Assembly (NCBI RefSeq): GCF_000022265.1
Contig: NC_011979.1
Location: 3,810,001 to 3,842,000 of the forward strand
Source of the DNA: Geotalea daltonii FRC-32
GTDB lineage: Bacteria > Desulfobacterota > Desulfuromonadia > Geobacterales > Geobacteraceae
DNA: 32,000 nt
Direction: 5' to 3'
In this document: piece by piece, positions 1 through 10,142 of the stretch
How positions within the stretch are numbered: position 1 is the first letter of the stretch
How the letters are laid out: the number at the start of each line of letters is the position of its first letter
The notes under the pieces: generated by a model
The model's input: only the letters and a program-made list of their open reading frames with translations
Told to the model about the DNA's origin: nothing
Database searches by the model: none
Program-made: the position numbers and the translations under genes

Positions 1-171
1 ATTATGGGCATGAACGGTTTCAGCTTCGGCTGCAGCACGAAAAAGCCTCGCCACCTGGGGAAAACCATCCTTGTCAGCTTGTTTGGCAAACGCAAGATAT
101 TTACGATTGGCTTGGGATTCACCGGCAAAAGCCTCTTTGAGATCATTTTCCGATTTTGGAGTGTTTGACAT
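1..171 (-). CDS. Rubrerythrin/ferritin-like di-iron protein, first 57 codons only (rest lies beyond the left window edge)
   Basis: Absent from the ORF track because it is truncated. The reverse complement of 1-171 starts at ATG (171-169) and reads MSNTPKSENDLKEAFAGESQANRKYLAFAKQADKDGFPQVARLFRAAAEAETVHAHN with no stop. AFAGESQA..Y plus E..H is the first di-iron helix pair of rubrerythrins. GGAGG sits on the minus strand at 178-182, 6 nt upstream of the ATG. Confidence 0.8.
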   Translation of the reverse strand, partial: MSNTPKSENDLKEAFAGESQANRKYLAFAKQADKDGFPQVARLFRAAAEAETVHAHN

Positions 172-259
172 TTTAATCCTCCTGGGTTGTGATTGCATGG
201 GTCGGGGATAAATGATACCACATTGGGTGGAAATGCAAGTTGGCAGGTAAATAAAGAGT

Positions 260-1159
260 CTATAATCTTATCAGGTCCTCATGTTCCTCCTCATGGGGAT
301 TGATATGAATCATCACGTCTCCCACGTTGGAAAAACTGTCGAAAACCAGCTTTTTAACCTGCGTGGCAATGGCATGGGACTGCTTGACCGTCATCTCCGG
401 GTCCATATCCAGCTTGAGGTCGATGATCACATATTGGCCGGAGCGACGACCCTTTATCTCATGCACATGTTCGACACCCTCGACATCTTCAGCCAGTGCC
501 GTCACAGCGTGAAGCATCTCCTGTGGCGGCAGGCCGTCCATGAGATCATGGGCCGCACCGCTGAAGGTCTGGTAGCCGATATGGAAAATAAAGAATGAGG
601 TAAGACCGGCAGCCAGGGGATCCATGACCTTGAAGCCGAAAAAGGCGCCGGTAACCCCCACCAGTGTGGCAATGGAGGTGATGGCATCTTTGCGATGATC
701 TTTGGCGATGGCCATGACAGCAGGACTCCCCAGATCACCTCCGACCCTGAGGGAAAAGCGGCACAGCCATTCCTTGATCAGTATGGTAACGAAGGCAGCC
801 AGCACGGCTATTAACTGGGGCTCCTCGTACACTCCGGCAGAGATAGTTTTCACAGCTTTATAGAGAATGCCGAAACCGGTGATAAAGATGACCAGCGAAA
901 CGAGAATTGCAGATATGCTCTCAGCCCGGCCGTGACCGTAGGGATGTTTTTCATCGAAAGGCTTTCGGCCGATCCTGAGGGCTATGATCGTTGTCAATAT
1001 GGCAATGAAATCGCAGGCGCTCTCCACACCGTCGGCAAAAACCGCTTCAGAACCACCGAAATGCCCTGCCGCGATCTTCATTATCATCAACACCGCATTC
1101 ATCCAGAAGCCAAGCCTGATGACCCGGTCGGCCTGATTGAAACGTTCGGCCCTTTGCAC
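260..1159 (-). CDS. Cation diffusion facilitator (CDF) family metal efflux transporter
   Basis: 299 aa with an N-terminal multi-TM region, the CDF signature HPYGHGRAE, and a C-terminal cytoplasmic domain (VHEIKGRRSG..IDLKLDMD). GTG start at 1159 overlaps the recJ stop (TAGTG). Confidence 0.9.
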   Translation of the reverse strand: MQRAERFNQADRVIRLGFWMNAVLMIMKIAAGHFGGSEAVFADGVESACDFIAILTTIIALRIGRKPFDEKHPYGHGRAESISAILVSLVIFITGFGILYKAVKTISAGVYEEPQLIAVLAAFVTILIKEWLCRFSLRVGGDLGSPAVMAIAKDHRKDAITSIATLVGVTGAFFGFKVMDPLAAGLTSFFIFHIGYQTFSGAAHDLMDGLPPQEMLHAVTALAEDVEGVEHVHEIKGRRSGQYVIIDLKLDMDPEMTVKQSHAIATQVKKLVFDSFSNVGDVMIHINPHEEEHEDLIRL

Positions 1160-2883
1160 TATATGCCCCCTGCCCTGCGCAGATCCTTCACCGTCAACTG
1201 CAAAGAACTTCTGCCATTCCAGTTATTTATAGCAGGGGAAAAGGCTAGGTCAATGCGTTCTCCCACCGAAACCCTCCCTGCCATGGAAAAGGCGATCGCC
1301 TCGAATTTCTTCGCCTCAACCTGCAGGCGTAATTTCAGATGGGTATCCTTCACTATCCGGCTCTCCAGGACCTCCGCATCCTGGAGGAGAAACACTGGTT
1401 CCGGGTTCCCCATACCAAAAGGCTTCATCCGCTCCAGTTCCGACACCAGATCCAGGGTAAGATCTTCTGCCTTCAGCTCGGCATCGATCAAAAGCACCGG
1501 TATCAGATCCTCTGGGGTGAGCAGCCCATCGGCTATCTCATTGAACCTTTCGACGAATGCTTGCAGGGTCTCTTCGGCAATTGCAAGCCCGGCTGCATGT
1601 TTGTGACCGCCGAATTTCACCAGATGCTCGGCGCATGCAGTCAGGGCCTCGTGCAGGTGAAAGCCGGCGATACTGCGGCCGGAACCTTTGCCATTGCCGT
1701 CTTTCAAGGCAATGAGAATCGTCGGGCGATGGTAAAGATCCACCAGCCTGGATGCCACAATACCTATCACCCCCGAATGCCACTCTTCCGAGGCAAGAAC
1801 AATACTTTTCCTCCCTTTGAAGGCTGCATCATCCCTCACCATCTGCAGGGCATCATTCAGTATCTCCCGCTCCACAGCCTGCCGCTCGGCATTGCTGGCA
1901 TCCAGAGCTGCCGCCAAAGGCTCAGCGCTCTTCAGATCTTTGCAGAGAAGAAGTTCCACAGCCATTGCGGCGTTCTCCAACCGTCCCGCAGCATTGAGCC
2001 TGGGAGCCAGGCGGAACCCCACCGCGCCGCAGCCTACATCTCCTGTTATCCCGGCAACCCTCTTCAGTGCCTGGATACCCGGCCGATGGGATTGGCTTAA
2101 CTCCATCAAACCATATTTGGCAAGGATCCGGTTTTGATCGATGAGCGGAACAACGTCAGCAATGGTGCCAAGGGCCACCAGATCAAGATATTCCCGCAGA
2201 TTTGGCTCTGCCCTGCCGGAGAAGAAACCCTCTGCCCGAAGGCGGCTTCTCAGGGCAATGACCAGATTGAATGCAACGCCGACACCGGCGAGAGCTTTGA
2301 ATGGATAGTTGCATCCCTTCTGGTTGGGATTAATGACGGCGCAGGCATCGGGCAGGGCTTCCCCAGGAGTGTGATGATCGGTGATAATCAGGTCGATGCC
2401 GGCTTCGGCACAGAGCTTGGCCTCGGCCAGTGCGGTGATGCCGCAGTCGACGGTCACCATGACGTCCGTTTTGAGTCGGGCAGCCTTATCTACGGCGTCT
2501 GCAGAAAGGCCATAACCATCAACGAGGCGATCCGGAATGATATAACAGGCATCAATACCGATGGTCTGAAAAAAAGTAAGCAGCAGCACCACCGAGGTTA
2601 TACCATCCACATCGTAGTCGCCATGAATGCAGATTTTTTCCTTGCCGACAGCGGCCCGCAAAAGCCTTTCCACCGCAGATTCCATACCGAGCAGCATATA
2701 TGGGTCGTGAAGTTCGGCGAGACTTGAGGTAAAGAACGAGGCAGCTGCTTTACAGTCGCAGGGGACGCGGTTAAGAAGCAGCCTTGCAAGAAGGGGGGTA
2801 GCTACCCCCGCACTCACAAGCCGCTCCACATCATCCGGCTCGCTCTTTCTCAGCTCCCACCTTTTTTCCAGTTTATGGTGCAT
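1159..2883 (-). CDS. recJ: Single-stranded-DNA-specific exonuclease RecJ
   Basis: 574 aa. DHH family motifs HGDYDVDG, VDCG and ITDHH, plus the DHHA1 motif GGHKHAAG. ATG at 2883. Confidence 0.95.
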   Translation of the reverse strand: MHHKLEKRWELRKSEPDDVERLVSAGVATPLLARLLLNRVPCDCKAAASFFTSSLAELHDPYMLLGMESAVERLLRAAVGKEKICIHGDYDVDGITSVVLLLTFFQTIGIDACYIIPDRLVDGYGLSADAVDKAARLKTDVMVTVDCGITALAEAKLCAEAGIDLIITDHHTPGEALPDACAVINPNQKGCNYPFKALAGVGVAFNLVIALRSRLRAEGFFSGRAEPNLREYLDLVALGTIADVVPLIDQNRILAKYGLMELSQSHRPGIQALKRVAGITGDVGCGAVGFRLAPRLNAAGRLENAAMAVELLLCKDLKSAEPLAAALDASNAERQAVEREILNDALQMVRDDAAFKGRKSIVLASEEWHSGVIGIVASRLVDLYHRPTILIALKDGNGKGSGRSIAGFHLHEALTACAEHLVKFGGHKHAAGLAIAEETLQAFVERFNEIADGLLTPEDLIPVLLIDAELKAEDLTLDLVSELERMKPFGMGNPEPVFLLQDAEVLESRIVKDTHLKLRLQVEAKKFEAIAFSMAGRVSVGERIDLAFSPAINNWNGRSSLQLTVKDLRRAGGI

Positions 2884-2909
2884 CGATTTTTCCCAGGGAA
2901 ACTTTCCAT

Positions 2910-2937
2910 AAAAAAAGACCCCGCCGAGGCGGGGTCT
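2910..2937 (-). terminator. Rho-independent terminator after the secDF-TPR operon
   Basis: GC-rich hairpin AGACCCCGC/GCGGGGTCT (2916-2937). It is followed on the minus strand by a 7-nt U-run (A-run 2910-2916 on plus) and lies 18 nt downstream of the TPR gene stop at 2955. Confidence 0.7.
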
Positions 2938-2954
2938 TTTACTGAATCGGCATC

Positions 2955-3518
2955 TTACTTCGAACCTGATTTGAGCTGGTCCATTTGCATTTTTATCTGT
3001 TGGGCCGTCGGACTTGTTGAATCCAGTTCAAGATAACGGGTCCAGGCCTTGACCGCCTTGTCCGGCTGTTTCAGATCGAAGGCATAAACGACCCCCAGAT
3101 TGTAGAGACTCTGCAGGTGTTTGGGATCCACCTGCTGTGCCTTCTCAAAGTTGGCAATGGCCTTGTCGAACCAGCCGATTTTCCGGTACATGATACCCTG
3201 GTCTGTCAGAACGTTGGTGTTGGCGGGATCAAGTTCCAAAGCCTTGGCATAGGCATCGACGGACTTTTTTGCCTGATCGGTGTCGAAATAATCGTTGCCC
3301 AGCTGGATCCATGCCTGGAGATTCTTCGGGTCGGCGGCAACAATTTTTTCCGCTTCGGTTATTCTCTGTTGGTAATCGGTTGGAGAACCGGCTCCCTGCG
3401 GCACTCCGCCGGTAACAGGTACAGTCTCTTTTTTTGAGCTGACACTGAAGATGAGGAACCCGCCGAGAAGACCGATGATCAATGCTACTGCTATTCCCAG
3501 AATGCTTTCCTTACTCAT
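2955..3518 (-). CDS. Membrane-anchored TPR repeat protein
   Basis: One N-terminal TM helix (ILGIAVALIIGLLGGFLIF) is followed by about 3-4 TPR-like repeats (AWIQLGNDYF.., VLTDQGIMYRKIGWFDKAIANFEKA.., LYNLGVVYA..). The ORF track starts at TTG 3524, but ATG 3518 has GGAGG (3528-3532, minus) 9 nt upstream, so 3518 is preferred. Confidence 0.8.
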   Translation of the reverse strand: MSKESILGIAVALIIGLLGGFLIFSVSSKKETVPVTGGVPQGAGSPTDYQQRITEAEKIVAADPKNLQAWIQLGNDYFDTDQAKKSVDAYAKALELDPANTNVLTDQGIMYRKIGWFDKAIANFEKAQQVDPKHLQSLYNLGVVYAFDLKQPDKAVKAWTRYLELDSTSPTAQQIKMQMDQLKSGSK

Positions 3519-3533
3519 GCTCAAGAACCTCCT

Positions 3534-4433
3534 TTAGGCTTTAACTTGACCGGGGGTCTTTTCCCACAGAGCAACTATGGGGCTGGCGACAAAGATGGAG
3601 GAATAGGTAGCAACAACAACCCCCACAACCAAAGCAAATGCGAAGTCATGGATAACTTCCCCGCCGAACAGCAGCAGGGAAATGGCCGCCAGAAATGTCG
3701 TCAGCGAGGTAATTATGGTTCGAGACATAACCTCATTGATACTCTGGTTGAAGATCGTGAACATGTGCTCTTTCAAGTTCTTATGCATGTTTTCCCTGAT
3801 TCGGTCAAAAACGACAACCGTGTCGGTGAGGGAATAGCCGGCAATGGTTAGTGCTGCGGTTACAAGCAGCAGATTCACCTCTTTGTTAAGGACAAAGAAG
3901 ATGGCAAAGATTGCCAGCACGTCATGCATGGTGGCAACGACGGCGCCGATGCCGAATTTGTAGTCAAAGCGCCAGGCTATGTAAAGAATTATGCCCAGCA
4001 TGGATATGGCCACGGCAACAAGCGTGTCCTTGCGCAGTTTGTCCCCTATTGACGGTCCGATCTCAGTGGAACTTTCAACAGCAAAAGGGTTGGCGGCGAA
4101 GTCCTTTTTCAGGGCTTCCTGGACTGAATCAGCCACATTCCCCGTACTTTTCCGCATTTTGATCAGCAGTTTGTTGCCTTCCTTTATTTCCTGCAACTCG
4201 GCATTTTCTATCCCGTTTTTAGCCAGGCTGCTTCTGACGCTTTCCATGGTAAAGGGCGCAGAAAACTTCAGCTGCATGGCGGTGCCGCCGGAAAAATCGA
4301 TCCCCATGTTGGCAGCTCCCCTGGCAATCTGGATGATGCCGATGAGGCCGATAATGGCAATTATGGCGGAAATGGCAAAGGAGATTTTTCTCATGCCGAT
4401 GAAATCGATTTTTGTCTTACCGATGAATTCCAT
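3534..4433 (-). CDS. secF: Protein translocase subunit SecF
   Basis: 299 aa with the GIDFSGGT motif and a six-TM SecD/SecF C-terminal domain, immediately downstream of secD. Confidence 0.95.
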   Translation of the reverse strand: MEFIGKTKIDFIGMRKISFAISAIIAIIGLIGIIQIARGAANMGIDFSGGTAMQLKFSAPFTMESVRSSLAKNGIENAELQEIKEGNKLLIKMRKSTGNVADSVQEALKKDFAANPFAVESSTEIGPSIGDKLRKDTLVAVAISMLGIILYIAWRFDYKFGIGAVVATMHDVLAIFAIFFVLNKEVNLLLVTAALTIAGYSLTDTVVVFDRIRENMHKNLKEHMFTIFNQSINEVMSRTIITSLTTFLAAISLLLFGGEVIHDFAFALVVGVVVATYSSIFVASPIVALWEKTPGQVKA

Positions 4434-4445
4434 AGTTCATTCCCC

Positions 4446-6044
4446 CTATATACTCAGTCTTTTCACATTCTTGCGCTCGAGGAAAAGATCGAAGATCACC
4501 CTGGTTGCCAGGAGCGAAGTGAAGAGGTTTATGATGATACCAAGGCTCAGGGAAACGGCGAATCCCTTGACCGGGCCGGTGCCGAACTGGAAAAGCACGG
4601 CTGCCGTGATCAGCGTAGTGACATGGGAATCCATGACGGTCAGGAATGCTTTGTCATAGCCGGCATCCAGCGCAGCCTTTGCCGTCTTGCCCAACCGCAG
4701 CTCCTCTCTGATCCTTTCGAAGATGAGAACGTTCGAGTCCACTGACATGCCGACCAGCAGAACGATAGCGGCAATGCCGGGTAACGTCAGTGTAGCACCC
4801 AGAGCAGCAAGTGCCCCCATCAGATAAACGATGTTCAGGACCATCCCCATATTGGCGACAAGCCCGGAGAGTTTATAGTAGACAGCCATGAAACAGATGA
4901 CAAGAGCCACACCGATGAGACCGGCGATCAACCCTTTGTTGATGGAATCCTGACCGAGGGAAGGACCAACGGTCACATTCTGGATGATCTTGACCGGTGC
5001 AGGCAGTGATCCGGCACGAAGGACTATTCCCAGGTCGGAGGCTTCCTTCTCTGTAAAGGAACCGGAGATCTGGGCACTCCCCCCCGAGATGCGCTCGCGA
5101 ATCACCGGAGCGGAATAGATATTGTTGTCGAGAACAATGGCAAAGCGCTTGTTCACATTGGCTGCAGTTACCTGGTCAAAAAGCCTGGCGCCGGTTGAGT
5201 TGAATTCTATGGCCACATAGGGCTGGTTGTATTGGGAGTCGATCCGCACCTGGGCATCGGTAAGAAGGTCTCCCGTTATCATTGCCTTTCTCTTCACCAC
5301 CAGAGGAGTCTCGGACACTGCTCCGGTGGCAGGATCTGTCTTCTTCTCGTAAAGAATTTCATCATCTTCGGGGATCGTGGAAGGGGTTGCCGTAACGGCG
5401 TTGACGTTTTCATCCACCAGCTTGAATTCAAGACGTGCGGTCTTGCCGATCAGCTCGATGGCCCGCTTCGGGTCCTTGATGCCGGGAAGCTGCACGACCA
5501 CATGATTTATCCCTTCACGCTGAATAACCGGCTCTGAAACGCCGAACTGGTCGATCCTGTTGCGGATGGTTTCCAGCGCCTGCTGTACAGCCTTGTCCTT
5601 CCTGACCTGAGCCTCTTTCTCGTTTATTCTCAGCTGCAGATTTACAAAGCCCCCCTCATCAAACAGGGGGAGCAGTTCAAGGTCCGGGTACTTTTTCTTT
5701 ATCAGCTTCTGCACGGTGTCGGCAGAACCACGGTCATAAAGCACAAGCTGTACCCGGTCGGAACCGATCCTGCCCACCCGCTTGAAGCGGATATTCTGGG
5801 CATTGAGACTGTCCTCAAGGTCGGTGGAGATCAGATCCAGCGAGCCTTCGACCGCTTTCTGGGTCTCCACTTCCATAACCAGGTGGCTCCCCCCCTGCAG
5901 GTCAAGGCCCAGGTGGATCTTATCCTTGGGCAGAACTCCCCACCAGGACGGCAGCTTGGGAACCAGCGTCGGGGTCATGTAGAGAAAAGAAATCAAAAGG
6001 AAGCCAACAATCAGGCTGATTCGCCAGGTAAAACCCTTGCTCAT
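4446..6044 (-). CDS. secD: Protein translocase subunit SecD
   Basis: About 532 aa. N-terminal TM, large periplasmic domain with GLDLQGG, and a C-terminal SecDF membrane domain. The track start GTG 6062 is probably too long, because ATG 6044 (MSKGFTW..) has AAGGAG (6053-6058, minus) 8 nt upstream. Confidence 0.95.
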   Translation of the reverse strand: MSKGFTWRISLIVGFLLISFLYMTPTLVPKLPSWWGVLPKDKIHLGLDLQGGSHLVMEVETQKAVEGSLDLISTDLEDSLNAQNIRFKRVGRIGSDRVQLVLYDRGSADTVQKLIKKKYPDLELLPLFDEGGFVNLQLRINEKEAQVRKDKAVQQALETIRNRIDQFGVSEPVIQREGINHVVVQLPGIKDPKRAIELIGKTARLEFKLVDENVNAVTATPSTIPEDDEILYEKKTDPATGAVSETPLVVKRKAMITGDLLTDAQVRIDSQYNQPYVAIEFNSTGARLFDQVTAANVNKRFAIVLDNNIYSAPVIRERISGGSAQISGSFTEKEASDLGIVLRAGSLPAPVKIIQNVTVGPSLGQDSINKGLIAGLIGVALVICFMAVYYKLSGLVANMGMVLNIVYLMGALAALGATLTLPGIAAIVLLVGMSVDSNVLIFERIREELRLGKTAKAALDAGYDKAFLTVMDSHVTTLITAAVLFQFGTGPVKGFAVSLSLGIIINLFTSLLATRVIFDLFLERKNVKRLSI

Positions 6045-6071
6045 GGATGAAGCTCCTTTCACTTATCAAGA

Positions 6072-6392
6072 TCAGTCTTTTTTCAGGCTGGCGATGAAAC
6101 CTTTGTTTATTTTGACATTTACCCCGGTGGCCACTTCAAGGGTAACGACATTTTCATCGATGGCAGTCACCTTGCCGTGCATGCCGCCGGCGGTGATTAC
6201 CTGATCTCCCTTTTTAAGGGAATCAAGCAGAGTGCGGTGTTCCTTTGCTTTTTTCTGCTGTGGGCGGATGAGGAGAAAATAAAAAATGGCAAACATGAAA
6301 ATCAGCGGCACAAGGTTCATCAGAGCAGACTGCCCCCCACCGGCAGCCTGTCCACCGGCAGGTGTTCCCATCGCAAAAGCCAAACCAAACAT
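6072..6392 (-). CDS. yajC: Preprotein translocase subunit YajC
   Basis: 106 aa with a single TM (LVPLIFMFAIFYFLLIRPQQKK) and the typical GD.V.T.GG..G.V tail. GGAGG lies 7 nt upstream of the ATG. Position between tgt and secD is conserved. Confidence 0.9.
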   Translation of the reverse strand: MFGLAFAMGTPAGGQAAGGGQSALMNLVPLIFMFAIFYFLLIRPQQKKAKEHRTLLDSLKKGDQVITAGGMHGKVTAIDENVVTLEVATGVNVKINKGFIASLKKD

Positions 6393-6457
6393 TGTCGAAC
6401 CTCCATTTATAATTTTGTGTAAGCTTCCTGTTCCCTTTTTTCAGGCATATAAATACA

Positions 6458-7585
<1,128 letters not shown>

Positions 7586-7593
7586 TTAAACCT

Positions 7594-8625
7594 TCAATAG
7601 ATAAACATCGCATCACCGTAGCTGAAAAAGCGGAACTTTCTCCTGACCGCCTCGGCGTATGCGTTGAAAAGCCTGTCTCGACCTGCAAATGCTGAAACGA
7701 GCATCAGCAGGGTTGATTCCGGCAGATGGAAGTTAGTGATCAGGGCATCCACAGTCTTGAATGCATAACCGGGAACGATGAAAATATCCGCCTCCCCCTC
7801 TTTTGCATCAAGGCTGCCATCTTCTGCAGCGGCGTGTTCCAGAGCCCTGGTGGTTGTCGTACCAAGGGCAATCACACGCTTCCCCGCTTTTTTCCTGTCA
7901 GTGACGGCCTTTGCCGTTGTCTCCGGTATCCGGTAGTATTCCCGGTGCATCCGGTGTTCGCTCAGATCCTTCACCCTGACAGGCATAAATGTGCCAAGCC
8001 CCACGTGCAGGGTCAGAGGCAGGATATCGACCCCCCGTGCCCGAATCTTCTGCAAAAGGCTTTCAGTGAAATGCAGTCCGGCTGTCGGGGCGGCCACAGC
8101 TCCCCGCTCCCGGGCAAATACCGTCTGGTATCTTTCCCCATCGATTACATTTGCCGGTCGGTGGATGTAAGGGGGGAGCGGCATGCTGCCGATCATCTCA
8201 AGGCGGTCGAGAAAGCCTTCTTCAGGAGAAAACGAGACAATCCATGTATCATGCTCGCTCCGCTCCACGATCCGGGCCGTAACCCCTTCCGATAGAAGGA
8301 TCAGCGATCCGGGCGCGGGTGATTTCGAGCACTTTATCAGACATTGCCACACCTGTCCTGCTTCGTCCCTGCGCCTGACAAGGAACACCTCCGCCTTACC
8401 GCCTGTTTCCTTCCGGCCCAGCAGCCTGGCCGGTATCACTTTCGTGTCGTTTATCACCAACAGGTCGCCGGCAACAAAATATTCTGCAATATCGGCCACA
8501 ACGCCTTCACCGATCTCACCGCTTTTCCTGTCGAGGGTCATCAGGCGAGCCGATTCCCTTCGGTGTGCCGGCTCCTGCGCTATCAGCTCCGGCGGGAGAT
8601 GATAATTGAAGTCTTTAAGCTGCAT
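7594..8625 (-). CDS. queA: S-adenosylmethionine:tRNA ribosyltransferase-isomerase
   Basis: 343 aa. N-terminus [19 protein letters not shown], plus the TAGLHFT and FFSYGDAM motifs typical of QueA. Confidence 0.95.
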
Positions 8626-8627
8626 GT

Positions 8628-9785
8628 TCAGTCTGCCGTTATCTTTACCAGCCTGGTGCCTGGATAATAATAGGAAAGAATCTCCCGGTAATCAAAACCG
8701 TCACCGGCCCTCTGTTTTGCCCCCCATTGGCAAAGCCCGACCCCATGCCCGTAACCGACCCCGGCAAAGGTTATACCATCAGCGGAAGAACGGATGTCGA
8801 AATTGGTACTTTTTATGGTGCTGTAGCCGATTGCCTTACGAAAATTGGCGGCACCGATGGTGAGACGGCCCTTTGCCGAAATTACGGCCACATCTTGCAA
8901 CCGGCCGCTCCTGTTATGACGCCCGGTTTTGATTTCCCTCAGGCCTGCAGCCTGATAGCCGGCATTTTTCAGTAAAGATTCCAGCTTTTTCAAAGAAATG
9001 GTCTGCTCCCACTTTACGGATGGTGCGGCAAGACAGTACTTGCAATCAACACCGGGAAGATAAGGCACCACACTTCCCCAGACATTTTCGGCGGCCTCCG
9101 TATGTCCACCGCAACTGGAATGGTAGAATGCCTGAATGACGGCGCCGTCATGGGTAAGCACCTGGCCGGCAGTCTCCTTGACTCCGCGGGCCGCACGGCT
9201 GTCCTCGATGTCGCTACCTGCGTAGACCTGATCCATGACGCTGGATTCCAGATGGTAAAGGGCCCCTTTTCGGGCAGCCTTCTGGTATATGGCATAGGAC
9301 CGGGCAATTACTGCCTGTGCTTTTACGGCCTCTATGGGCCATTGGGAGGAAATCTCGCAATTGATCAGGCCGACCAGATAGTCTTCAAGGGGCAGTTCAT
9401 CGACCACGAGCAATCCCTTGTCGGCAGGAAGAATTTCCAGAACCCCACGATAACCCTTGCCGTTAATGAGCAGGAAGGCAGGTGCGGTTGCCTTCAACCT
9501 GCCTACCGTTCTGTTGTTTACAGAGATACCGTCTCTGACCCTTTTGACATGGATCGGCGTATCGAGCCGCAAAGGCTGACCATCGCCATCCATGAGCAAA
9601 ATACCGTTACCTTCCAGAGAAAAGCTCTCAGCTCCCTTAAAAACCGCCACTCTTATAATTTCAGGCCTTGTGTCGACACCAAGGACAGCAGCAGGGAAAA
9701 GAACCAGCAGGATTATGATACAGAAAACTCTCAAGAAGTTACCTTTATTACGGCCTTTAAACTGGACGATAAGACCATAGAACAC
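8628..9785 (-). CDS. SpoIID/LytB-domain protein (secreted cell-wall amidase enhancer/lytic transglycosylase-like)
   Basis: 385 aa with a hydrophobic signal-like N-terminus ([16 protein letters not shown]) and the SpoIID signature [10 protein letters not shown]. The stop lies 2 nt from the queA start. The start codon is uncertain: GTG 9785 in the track, with an internal TTG also possible. Confidence 0.85.
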
Positions 9786-9838
9786 CGGCCAAAGTCAATA
9801 ATTTTATCATTCAAATTAGGCGTTTTTTACTTGACGCC

Positions 9839-9855
9839 TTGGCAAGCGAATTGCT
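9839..9855 (+). promoter_or_regulatory. Candidate sigma-54 (RpoN) promoter facing the HD-GYP gene
   Basis: TTGGCAAGCGAATTGCT matches TGGCAC-N5-TTGCW. GG is at 9841-9842 and GC at 9853-9854, exactly 12 nt apart, with one mismatch in the -24 element. Confidence 0.45.
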
Positions 9856-10142
9856 TTACTCATTAATGAAATTCTTCGCCGCGGGAAAGCAGATACCCTT
9901 CGCCGGGAGGTCAGGTGGCTGCTATTGTGTTTCATATTTGCGGTAATCGGAAGTGATCGCCATAGATGCCCTGCAGCTACAGAAGGAGAGAGCACCCGGC
10001 GGAGATTGCAAAATTTGAATGCATTAACAATATCGATCGTTTTGCACAATAAACAGTGCCAATGAAGCAGAATTAACCGCCAAATCACTCAAAACCTTGG
10101 GCAAAATGAGAATGTATGTCCAGCAAGCAGAATACAGGATAG

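Noticed and set aside
172-259. Possible sigma-70 promoter or PerR/Fur-type operator upstream of the rubrerythrin gene (TTGCAT ... TATCAT on the minus strand)
   Set aside because: The spacer is only about 15 nt and I found no clear palindromic operator. This is too weak to call from sequence alone.
9816-10088. 90-aa minus-strand ORF (GTG start) and two ~26-28-codon plus-strand mini-ORFs (ATG 9866, ATG 9972) in the spoIID/HD-GYP intergenic region
   Set aside because: The composition is Arg-rich and atypical, with no ribosome-binding sites and no recognisable fold. The region is better explained as promoter and leader DNA.
9860-10142. Possible c-di-GMP (GEMM-I) riboswitch in the leader of the HD-GYP gene
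   Set aside because: I could not find the conserved GEMM-I elements (GGCAAACC-type P1 segment, ACGCAAAGC, tetraloop/receptor arrangement). This would need an Infernal scan to exclude it formally.
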